DNA of 51,111 bases. It comes from Escherichia phage tunus. A program made the translations under genes and the position numbers. Under the pieces are notes generated by a model. The model worked only from the letters and a program-made list of their open reading frames with translations, was not told the origin of the DNA and did not search any database. Below are positions 36,177-43,667 of the stretch, piece after piece; within the stretch, counting starts at the first letter, position 1; each line of letters opens with the position of its first letter. The stretch lies in the sequence record NC_049816.1; one strand, given 5' to 3'.

Positions 36177-36563
36177 ATGAATGTTATCTGTAATGAAACC
36201 AACGTATTGATGAAAGGCCGATTTAAAACGGTTTATCAGAAGATTGCAGGAAGTAATGATGTGATCGAGGTGGAAGAATTCCAGGTTAAGACGCTTGTTA
36301 AGGGTAGCCGCTGGCTTCCAGCAAACCGAGATGATTACCGCGTCATTAACACAAAAACCGTTCTTTGCACGTTTGTAGATCATAACATGCCGTGCAAAAA
36401 GCACTTTAAGCAGGGAAAGCGATACCAGATCGAGAAAGGGCGACCGCTTGGAAGCGTTGCGGGTTATGTTTTTGATGAGTGCGGCGACCGCTGGAACCTG
36501 TACCGTGAAGAGGTCGGATTCTCTGCTGGCGGCTGTTATCTTTTTGAGGGTAAATATCTGTGA
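36177..36563 (+). CDS. Hypothetical protein
   Basis: 128 aa, RBS AAGGAG. Confidence 0.45.
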   Translation: MNVICNETNVLMKGRFKTVYQKIAGSNDVIEVEEFQVKTLVKGSRWLPANRDDYRVINTKTVLCTFVDHNMPCKKHFKQGKRYQIEKGRPLGSVAGYVFDECGDRWNLYREEVGFSAGGCYLFEGKYL

Positions 36564-36781
36564 TAAACAGTGAAAACCGTTACAAAGTAACGAATTCTAC
36601 CACAAAGACTTTCAAGCCTGGCGATATAGTCAGGCCCATCAAAAAAACGGCGGTAGGTTGGCTGATTGGTTTTTCATATCATAAGGCTCTTTACTTTACG
36701 TTTAAGGATGGGATCATGGGGGAATGCTATAGCGACCGCCATCCTGATCGACTTCTGGTTGCAATAGAGCGGATCAAATAG
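36560..36781 (+). CDS. Hypothetical protein
   Basis: 73 aa, start overlaps upstream stop. Confidence 0.4.
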   Translation: MINSENRYKVTNSTTKTFKPGDIVRPIKKTAVGWLIGFSYHKALYFTFKDGIMGECYSDRHPDRLLVAIERIK

Positions 36782-36821
36782 CACTTTTTGACAAAACGGG
36801 GTAGTATTGGGCCGTTAAAAT
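36776..36821 (+). promoter_or_regulatory. Phage promoter module (variant box TTGACAAAA + 19-bp spacer + TAAAAT)
   Basis: Box variant AAATAGCACTTTTTGACAAAA; hairpin GGGCCGttaaaatttaCGGCCC. Confidence 0.45.
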
Positions 36822-36849
36822 TTACGGCCCACAAAGGAGAAGCTAACGA

Positions 36850-38430
36850 ATGTTTTCATTAGAAACGAACAAATTAACTCCACAGCAAATAATCGCTATG
36901 GCTGAAAGCCAGAACCTTTCACCAGTTCGCGTATCAATTCAGGCTAACGGCTATCGCCAGTCGTCCAGCTTTTGGGGCGACGTAAAGGATGTGAATAGCG
37001 GTCACGATCGCTACCCCGTTATTTCTCTTGGTAATGATATTGATGTTGTCGGCAAGTTATCACGCAGCATTGCGCGATCCGTTCAATTCCCTGAATCATC
37101 GGCTTACATGCACTTTATCGGCTGCATTTCTGCCGCTATGCTTGGACGCTTTACGGTTGACTATCACGGAACCGATCAGCCGACTGCGCTTTACGTCGTT
37201 ACAAGCCAGCCGCCGTCAACTGGTAAATCTGCGATCAACAGCATGGCTATTGCTCCGATGATTGCGGAAGTTGAGAAGATCAACGAGAAACGCCGCAAGG
37301 AAAGAAAGAAAATACAGGCAAAGCTGGCAGGTCTTGCAAAGGAGATGAAAAGCGAAAGATCCGGCGCTGATATGGAATCTCTATACCAGGAAAAAGAGGA
37401 TCTGGAGGAAAAGCTGGAAAAAATGTGTGATATAACTTTTCCTGTTTCAGATACAACTCCAGAAGGCTTGGCGAAAATCAACAACAAGCAAGGTAACTTT
37501 GCCGTAATTTCTGATGAAGCAACAAGTATTAACAGTCTGTTAGGTTTGACCTATGCAAATAGCGAAAGGAAGACTAACAGTGAGTTAGTGCTTAAGGCGT
37601 GGGATAATGGTCACGTATCAATTGCCCGTGCTAATGCTGACAATAATATGAGTTTTCGCGCGCTTGGATGTATGAGCGTTATAGCCCAGGATGAAACGAT
37701 AAGCGGAATCATGGACGCTGGATCGCGAGGCATCGGTGTTAGTGAGCGTTTTTTGTTGGTCCGCGAGGAATCATTCTTAGGCCGTCGCTCATTCATTGAT
37801 GAAAATGGTGATTCTACCTATGAGGCGGTGGATTCTGAATTGAAAGCCCAATATTATCAATTGGTGCATAACATCATGAGCGAATCAAATATATCGCTGA
37901 AAATAAGCCGTTCAGCTATGCGAGTGCTCAACATTGCTCGCCAGGATATGGAGCCGCATCTTGCAGACGGAGGAAAGTATTCTCATACAATGTTACGCGG
38001 TGCGCTGGGTAAAATGGATAAACAGGTGATCAGGCTTGCTTCCGTCCTGCATGTTATCCGTAACTGGTTTAATCCTGCCGGATACCCGCAGAAGTCGAAA
38101 GAGATCGACGTGGAAACAATGCAAGAGGCGTTGATCATGTTTCAGGAATTGAGCAAAACATACATTAGCGCCGCCAATGCTTCTGGTTATGCTGGTGATG
38201 ATGCTGAAATGGGTAAATTGATTGAATTGATCACGAGGCACGGCAAGGCTAACAAAGGGATCCTGAATATTCGCGCCCTGTACGAATCAGCGAGAAAGGT
38301 AAAACCTTTCGTTGGTCAGGCTGGCGTAATGAAAAGGATAGAAGGGCACTTACTGCCAATGCTGGAAGAAAGAAATTATGTTTGTGTGATTAATGGTGTT
38401 ATTTTTGTCAATCCAATACTGCTGGGATGA
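36850..38430 (+). CDS. P-loop NTPase with SF3-helicase/AAA-like Walker motifs (function unknown)
   Basis: 526 aa, RBS AAAGGAGA; Walker A VTSQPPSTGKSA and Walker B FAVISDEATS about 110 aa apart; Lys/Glu-rich coiled segment between them. Confidence 0.6.
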   Translation: MFSLETNKLTPQQIIAMAESQNLSPVRVSIQANGYRQSSSFWGDVKDVNSGHDRYPVISLGNDIDVVGKLSRSIARSVQFPESSAYMHFIGCISAAMLGRFTVDYHGTDQPTALYVVTSQPPSTGKSAINSMAIAPMIAEVEKINEKRRKERKKIQAKLAGLAKEMKSERSGADMESLYQEKEDLEEKLEKMCDITFPVSDTTPEGLAKINNKQGNFAVISDEATSINSLLGLTYANSERKTNSELVLKAWDNGHVSIARANADNNMSFRALGCMSVIAQDETISGIMDAGSRGIGVSERFLLVREESFLGRRSFIDENGDSTYEAVDSELKAQYYQLVHNIMSESNISLKISRSAMRVLNIARQDMEPHLADGGKYSHTMLRGALGKMDKQVIRLASVLHVIRNWFNPAGYPQKSKEIDVETMQEALIMFQELSKTYISAANASGYAGDDAEMGKLIELITRHGKANKGILNIRALYESARKVKPFVGQAGVMKRIEGHLLPMLEERNYVCVINGVIFVNPILLG

Positions 38431-38822
38431 TTATGTTTTTGCTTGATCTGTATAAATGGTGTGAGTCATACGATTGGTTTAACAGGCAGCACATAGCCAA
38501 ATTTATCTATCAGCATAGAGAATGTGAGCGGCTCGCACGGGCCGCCGGACTTACGCCGCGAATGTTCGCCAGCCTTGCATCTAAGGAATTTTGCGCAAGA
38601 ATGATGACGGCTGGTTATATAGATGGAGTCTGCGGAAAATACTGGTCCAAAGGATCGTCAAAGCGGCCTTTCGGATTCGAATTGTATAGCCTGGATGGTA
38701 TGCGCAACGACTGGATCAGGGATATGGCTAGAATAGGGGAGATGGGCGATGATGAATTGTTCCAGGCAAAAGCTAATAGACAAGATCTTGAAGCACTGCG
38801 CCGTAAATTCAATATCACATGA
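38427..38822 (+). CDS. Hypothetical protein
   Basis: 131 aa, ATGA-coupled to the NTPase gene. Confidence 0.45.
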   Translation: MIMFLLDLYKWCESYDWFNRQHIAKFIYQHRECERLARAAGLTPRMFASLASKEFCARMMTAGYIDGVCGKYWSKGSSKRPFGFELYSLDGMRNDWIRDMARIGEMGDDELFQAKANRQDLEALRRKFNIT

Positions 38823-38833
38823 GGATTTTATTC

Positions 38834-38929
38834 ATGCGTTACTTACGCTGCTTTATTCAGATATGCGCGCTTTTGGCACCAATGAACACGTTTTATGCAA
38901 TGATGATGGTGTGTTATTGGTTACAGTAA
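38834..38929 (+). CDS. Small hydrophobic peptide (31 aa)
   Basis: ATG at 38834 with RBS GAGGA; alternative to the overlapping track ORF 38749..38943, which lacks an RBS. Confidence 0.25.
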   Translation: MRYLRCFIQICALLAPMNTFYAMMMVCYWLQ

Positions 38930-38937
38930 AGCGTATG

Positions 38938-38983
38938 GAATAGCATTTTTTGTTAAAACTCCCGACCTTGTGTCGGGTATATT
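38938..38983 (+). promoter_or_regulatory. Phage promoter module (box + 19-bp hairpin spacer + TATATT)
   Basis: Box variant gAATAGCATTTTTTGTTAAAA; spacer palindrome CCCGACcttgtgTCGGG; followed by CATCGAAACGAACC. Confidence 0.5.
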
Positions 38984-39020
38984 TGTTTCATCGAAACGAA
39001 CCAACCAAAAAGGAAAAATT

Positions 39021-39245
39021 ATGTCCAGCAAGTTTTTAGTAGTTCGCGTATACAATCATGCAAATGGATCTTCTTCTGAAATCCCGACAGTTTACGATAA
39101 GGATTCAGGCTGGAGTGAGCAATCGGCGGTTGAAAATGAGCGCAAGATTGCAGGACTATACGGCGACACTTGCAGCATTGAAGTAAGGCAGTACGACGAA
39201 TATAACAAACCAACAAACGAAAGCCATACGTGGCCCGACGCATAA
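39021..39245 (+). CDS. Hypothetical protein
   Basis: ATG at 39021 (MSSKFLVV) with purine-rich RBS. Confidence 0.4.
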   Translation: MSSKFLVVRVYNHANGSSSEIPTVYDKDSGWSEQSAVENERKIAGLYGDTCSIEVRQYDEYNKPTNESHTWPDA

Positions 39246-39280
39246 AAATAAAGGAGGCATTAAGCCTCCTTTTTCTTTTC
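39244..39280. terminator. Bidirectional intrinsic terminator between convergent units
   Basis: AGGAGGCattaaGCCTCCT with A-run upstream and T-run downstream; overlaps the spanin 3' end. Confidence 0.6.
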
Positions 39281-39655
39281 TATCCAGTAAAGACAAATCA
39301 GCACAAGAAACACAACCACGCATATGATTACTGGATCGTACCATCTGCCGTTATTACCCTGCACGACCTGAATTTTGTCTGCCTTGATGGTATTGGCCTG
39401 AATGGTTGATGTTGTGAAATCCTTCTTGCTGGACGTGTCCACCTTGTCAACCGCAGATTCCTTTATTGTGGTTTCCTGTTTTGTGCTGGCGTCCTGCTTT
39501 GCTGTAATGCCAACTGTCTGCTTCACGTTCTCCGCTCCAGCCTGTGCTGTGATTTCCGGCTTACTGCCGATTAATCCGGTCAGTGGCGTAACGCTTGAAC
39601 ATCCAGACAAGATCACCGCCATTGCGATTGGTGTAAGTAAAAAATTCTTCATCAT
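39260..39655 (-). CDS. Unimolecular spanin (lipoprotein with C-terminal transmembrane anchor)
   Basis: Signal peptide with lipobox LSGC, periplasmic Lys/Thr-rich region, C-terminal TMD; last gene of lysis cassette. Confidence 0.7.
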   Translation of the reverse strand: MMKNFLLTPIAMAVILSGCSSVTPLTGLIGSKPEITAQAGAENVKQTVGITAKQDASTKQETTIKESAVDKVDTSSKKDFTTSTIQANTIKADKIQVVQGNNGRWYDPVIICVVVFLVLICLYWIEKKKEA

Positions 39656-40143
39656 TTCAGATCCATTGTGCAATATTTGTATTCGACCTTGCGCCTGTTA
39701 AGTAAGCCTTTAGACTTCTCGCGCTTTCCTGTTTTTGGGTTATGGTAATAAGTCCAACGATAAAGCTGATCGCAAGCCTCGTTTAATTTCCCCTGGTTTA
39801 TGAGTTTCAGCATTGTTGAATTTCTGAAAGCTCCCACACCTGCATTGTAAGTGAATGAGTACATTGCTGCACGCATACTATCAGGAATGTAAACCTTAAC
39901 TTGCTTGTCAACTTCCTTTTTAGCAACCTGGATATGCTTAGCCAACAAAGCATCACACTCTTTTTTAGTGTACGTTTTCCCCAGGATAACATCTGGTCCG
40001 GTGATTCCTGCGCAAACCGTCCATACTCCCGCAATATCTTTGTATGGCTTGTATCTTACCCCTTCGATCTCTTCAAGAAGTGGAGAAGTCAAGGCAACCG
40101 CAACGCCAAAGGCCGCAGCCGCTACCCTGTTCTTTATGCTCAT
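39652..40143 (-). CDS. SAR endolysin (GH24 / T4-lysozyme-type muramidase with signal-arrest-release N-terminus)
   Basis: 163 aa; weakly hydrophobic Ala/Gly-rich N-terminus followed by catalytic E-x8-D/C-x5-T-like lysozyme motif. Confidence 0.75.
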   Translation of the reverse strand: MSIKNRVAAAAFGVAVALTSPLLEEIEGVRYKPYKDIAGVWTVCAGITGPDVILGKTYTKKECDALLAKHIQVAKKEVDKQVKVYIPDSMRAAMYSFTYNAGVGAFRNSTMLKLINQGKLNEACDQLYRWTYYHNPKTGKREKSKGLLNRRKVEYKYCTMDLK

Positions 40144-40358
40144 TACTTGCCCCTGATTTCAATAGCTTTTTGAATATCACCTTTTTCGATCGCTTCGTGG
40201 AATTTTTTACTATCACGCCAGCGAAGGTAAGCGCCCCATGCACCGAATGCAGCCATTAAAACAAAGCTGGCAATAGCAATGGTTAACTGCCCTGTAGCGG
40301 CGCTTGCGATAGATGAACCGCCAGATCCAGCGGTAGCTGCGTTAATAAAATCTTTCAT
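40143..40358 (-). CDS. Pinholin-type holin
   Basis: 71 aa with two TMDs, the first Gly/Ala/Ser-rich; basic C-terminus; immediately upstream of SAR endolysin. Confidence 0.65.
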   Translation of the reverse strand: MKDFINAATAGSGGSSIASAATGQLTIAIASFVLMAAFGAWGAYLRWRDSKKFHEAIEKGDIQKAIEIRGK

Positions 40359-40381
40359 TTTTATTCTCCATATTAATTAAA

Positions 40382-40395
40382 GTCAATATATTGAC
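40382..40395. promoter_or_regulatory. 14-bp perfect palindrome GTCAATATATTGAC upstream of holin (candidate operator)
   Basis: Exact inverted repeat about 25 nt upstream of the holin start. Confidence 0.3.
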
Positions 40396-40504
40396 CGCAT
40401 GATAAACGTACATGGTAAAAAAATTAAACAAAAAAAAGAGGCGACAAACGCCGCCCCCTTGCAAGTTTTTGATTTAATTTGTCATTGATTTAAATAAAAA
40501 TTCA

Positions 40505-41620
40505 TCAATTCATCATTTCTGGATAGTGAACAAATCGCCCAACCTCTCCATGCTCTTTGTCGTAAATGATAACCGCCGCGCGGCGTCGAGATCGCCAGCC
40601 ACCGCGCGCTGCGTATGCGTCTTTTGCCGCCAGGGTGCTATGTACTTCCACGATGCCAAGCGACGTTTCCGTTACGGTCTGGTGATGCCAATGCCCTACG
40701 TGCGCATACATCGTTTTTGAGTTTCCGAAGTCCTCCCGCCAATCGGACGCGCACATCATTAGCAACGTTTCAGGCTTTCGCACTGTGTGCCCGTGATGGT
40801 ACGCAAGGAAAGTTTTTCCGTATTGCGTGTGGTGCACAACGCGAGGGGAAACATCAACGTAAACGCGCGGCTCGTTTTCATATGCTGCCGCCATTGCTGC
40901 GCGTAGCCAAATCATTCCTGATTGGTCATGATTGCCCTCTACGATCTGGACTTCAACATGTTTATGCTTTAACAACATTTTATTGATTGCGCGTCGCATT
41001 GCACGGATGGCAACGTAAACCAATTTTGCATATCGACTATCTTGATCCAGTACGTGACCGCTTGCAGGTGTAACCGCCTCCAGGCCGTCGCTATGCAGCA
41101 TATCGCCACCAATCAGGATGACAGCCTTTTCGCTATCCGGTGCGCACATTAAAGCATAGTCGATAAAGTTATTCATAACGCGCTCTGCCGTGGCAGTATC
41201 CCAATTTTCGCCGCATTCGTGCTTATGGGCCATAGCGCCTAAGTGCATGTCAAAGATCGGATACAAGGAAAGCGTTTCGTTATAGTCGCGCTCCTGTAAT
41301 GGGACCGGATCTAATCGCGGAACTTCCTCGCTAAATGCCTCCATTGCTGCGCGCATTAATGCTTCTAATTGCTCTTTATCCTTGCTGGTTTTAGTCCACT
41401 TTAGGATTATGTTGCCTTCTTTGTCAGTCATTACTGACTCACCATGAACGCCAAAACCAGGCGCTCCAATGGTGGATACCTGGCCTTGCTTTGCAAGACG
41501 CGCCGCGCGACGCTCGACGCTTCTCACATTCATTCCGTACTCTTGAGCGATCTGTTTATATGTCTTACCAGCCGCCCGTTCGATCTTGAATTGCTCATCT
41601 GTAATTTTTACATTTTTCAT
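40505..41620 (-). CDS. HTH domain - calcineurin-like metallophosphoesterase fusion protein
   Basis: ATG at 41620; N-terminal HTH (TYKQIAQEYGMNVRSVERRAARL); metallophosphatase motifs DMH, GDMLH, GNHD, GHWH. Confidence 0.6.
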   Translation of the reverse strand: MKNVKITDEQFKIERAAGKTYKQIAQEYGMNVRSVERRAARLAKQGQVSTIGAPGFGVHGESVMTDKEGNIILKWTKTSKDKEQLEALMRAAMEAFSEEVPRLDPVPLQERDYNETLSLYPIFDMHLGAMAHKHECGENWDTATAERVMNNFIDYALMCAPDSEKAVILIGGDMLHSDGLEAVTPASGHVLDQDSRYAKLVYVAIRAMRRAINKMLLKHKHVEVQIVEGNHDQSGMIWLRAAMAAAYENEPRVYVDVSPRVVHHTQYGKTFLAYHHGHTVRKPETLLMMCASDWREDFGNSKTMYAHVGHWHHQTVTETSLGIVEVHSTLAAKDAYAARGGWRSRRRAAVIIYDKEHGEVGRFVHYPEMMN

Positions 41621-41714
41621 TCTGCTACCTATCTCATCACTATATGGTACATAACTGTAACAGCGATGATAACGGGTAACGGTAGAACAAACAAGCGCCA
41701 CATGATAACTATCC

Positions 41715-41957
41715 TCATTTATAATATTTGCGAGGCTCTCGGATTTTAGCCATTGCCTCTTTGAAATCAATTTTTGTTGGAACTGCTGGAACTCTTACCA
41801 TTTTTCGCGGCCTTTCCTTGAGGAAAGTCATCTTGTCGCCGCTAATTATGCTCACATCTGCAATATCAAAGTATTGCGCGATCTTCTTTATGTCGTCGGC
41901 AATACCGCATTCTTTAGCGTGATTCCATACCGCATCTCTTCCTTGCTCAACCTTCAT
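41715..41957 (-). CDS. Hypothetical protein
   Basis: ATG at 41957 overlapping stop of upstream microprotein. Confidence 0.4.
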   Translation of the reverse strand: MKVEQGRDAVWNHAKECGIADDIKKIAQYFDIADVSIISGDKMTFLKERPRKMVRVPAVPTKIDFKEAMAKIREPRKYYK

Positions 41958-42126
41958 GCTTATAATATGCCTCCGCTTGTTCAATTGGTGCGTGACCGTA
42001 TGCAACTTTCAGTAAAAACATTGCGATCTCCCAATCAAACTGGAATCCTTCCTTTGAACCGCCATCCACTGAACCTTTTGCCACCTCTTGAGCAAGATTA
42101 AAAGCGCGTTTATCGAATACTACCAT
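41947..42126 (-). CDS. Hypothetical microprotein (59 aa)
   Basis: ATG at 42126 with RBS GAGGAAAT; below track cut-off. Confidence 0.35.
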   Translation of the reverse strand: MVVFDKRAFNLAQEVAKGSVDGGSKEGFQFDWEIAMFLLKVAYGHAPIEQAEAYYKHEG

Positions 42127-42158
42127 TTTTATTTCCTCATGTTTGTTTCGTTGAAATA

Positions 42159-42204
42159 ATTATGCCCGACACTAGGCCGGGCGTTTTAACAAAAAGTGCT
42201 ATTT
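42159..42204 (-). promoter_or_regulatory. Phage promoter module (box + 19-bp hairpin spacer + CATAAT)
   Basis: Exact box; spacer palindrome CCCGGCctagtgtCGGG. Confidence 0.5.
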
Positions 42205-42438
42205 GATCGCTGAATCGTAAAATTCTTGCAGGTCTTTAGCAATTATTTCATGCCATTTTTCAAGAGGATGTTTTCTAGTTTCCTCAAAACTCATATCCAG
42301 GCAGCCGGAAAACTCCCACAAATCGCAATCAATATATGGCTTAACGAACGAATTTTTTTCCATACAGTCGCACACCATAGCGCGATATAAAAGAAATTCG
42401 CCATCCTCATTAAGTAAAACGCTTCTCTCTTTTTCCAT
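42199..42438 (-). CDS. Hypothetical Cys-rich protein
   Basis: ATG at 42438 with RBS GGAG; multiple Cys. Confidence 0.4.
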   Translation of the reverse strand: MEKERSVLLNEDGEFLLYRAMVCDCMEKNSFVKPYIDCDLWEFSGCLDMSFEETRKHPLEKWHEIIAKDLQEFYDSAIK

Positions 42439-42442
42439 CGTA

Positions 42443-43168
42443 TTAACTCCGTTTGCGTGCTCGGCGTTCGGTAACAGAAGGACAAATATCGCTGATCTTA
42501 ACGTATCGCGTTTTCTGCTCTTCGCCTTCTTTAAGTTTACGCATGACAAAAATCACGCTCCCCTTATTGTTGCCCTGTACAGGCTCGCCAGTCAATCCAG
42601 ACACAAAGGCGATTCTTCCGGTGCGGGAATATTCCACTCCCCCCTCTTCGTAAACCTCGCCAGTGATCCAGATGATTTCAGCCGCGTTTTTCTGCGCCTC
42701 ATAAAACCATGCTGTAGAGTTGTCGGATGGCAACAAAACATCAATTTGGTTGTTGTGCTCCATTTGCTCAATTGCTTTCTTGATAAATGGAGTTGGGTTG
42801 CTGTACGGCGGGTTAAGCCATACGTGCTTGTTGCTACCCCACCAACGCTTTAAGCAGTTTGTTTCCTTGCTATAGAACTTCTCGCAAACTGCGTTTTCCT
42901 GGCTTGCTGCCGCGTCGAGATCGTATTCGCCAAATTCTGATTCCATCCACTCCACGATCTCTTGAGGTGTGCTCCACATATCGCGCACAACGTCCGGCGT
43001 AGTGCTTCCAGCGTATCGGTTGCCGCTTACCTTATAATATTGATTTGGCTTTACTGCCTGGTAATGGCCTCCAGTTGCAAGGGCATTCCCTATAAATGTT
43101 TCTCTCTCCAACTGCTCAAAGCTAACGAATGCGTCATGGGTGTCTTTATCTAAAATATCTTTAGCCAT
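42443..43168 (-). CDS. dam: DNA N6-adenine methyltransferase (phage Dam-like)
   Basis: 241 aa, RBS GGAGAAA; motifs DLDAAAS and NPPYS. Confidence 0.75.
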   Translation of the reverse strand: MAKDILDKDTHDAFVSFEQLERETFIGNALATGGHYQAVKPNQYYKVSGNRYAGSTTPDVVRDMWSTPQEIVEWMESEFGEYDLDAAASQENAVCEKFYSKETNCLKRWWGSNKHVWLNPPYSNPTPFIKKAIEQMEHNNQIDVLLPSDNSTAWFYEAQKNAAEIIWITGEVYEEGGVEYSRTGRIAFVSGLTGEPVQGNNKGSVIFVMRKLKEGEEQKTRYVKISDICPSVTERRARKRS

Positions 43169-43207
43169 TTCATTTCTCCGCTATTAAAAGCTATCTTGTG
43201 TTATTGA

Positions 43208-43253
43208 ATTATGGCGCAATCCATCGCGCCAGTTTTAACAAAAAGTGCTATTT
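43208..43253 (-). promoter_or_regulatory. Phage promoter module (box + 19-bp hairpin spacer + CATAAT)
   Basis: Exact box; spacer palindrome GGCGCGATggattGCGCC. Confidence 0.5.
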
Positions 43254-43667
43254 AAGCATGTATTCAATAGCCAACTTAAACTGATTAAATCCGTAGGCGA
43301 CCGCAGCGAATCCTCCTAAGCTGCGAACTCGACGCAAAAAAGCCTTTTGTTCATCGCTGACTGGTGATGCTTTACCCTTGCCTGATTTATTCACTCGTTT
43401 GATCTCAATCGCTGCAAATGGGTATTTTCCGTTTAAACCAATCAGGATGATGAAATCGCTTACACCCTTAACCAAGCCGGACTGCTGATCAATCATCGCC
43501 GTTGCTTTAGACTTCTCATTCTCGTTTACCGTATGCCACGCCAGCAAGTAAGGATGAGTATAAGTCAACCACTGAAAGCTATCTATCTGGTGATTAACTT
43601 CCTTTCTAGTGTCGGTTGGATCTCTTTCGTAAAACTCAAGATAATCTCCTTTATCAGTTATAGCCAT
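43248..43667 (-). CDS. VRR-NUC-type PD-(D/E)XK nuclease (putative)
   Basis: 139 aa; DFIIL...AIEIK-type motif; translationally coupled to the helicase. Confidence 0.55.
   Translation of the reverse strand: MAITDKGDYLEFYERDPTDTRKEVNHQIDSFQWLTYTHPYLLAWHTVNENEKSKATAMIDQQSGLVKGVSDFIILIGLNGKYPFAAIEIKRVNKSGKGKASPVSDEQKAFLRRVRSLGGFAAVAYGFNQFKLAIEYMLK

Noticed and set aside
38749-38943. Track ORF 38749..38943 (64 aa)
   Set aside because: Overlaps the 3' end of 38427..38822 by about 70 nt and has no RBS at either candidate start; the 31-aa ORF at 38834 with a GAGGA RBS is a better, still tentative, alternative.
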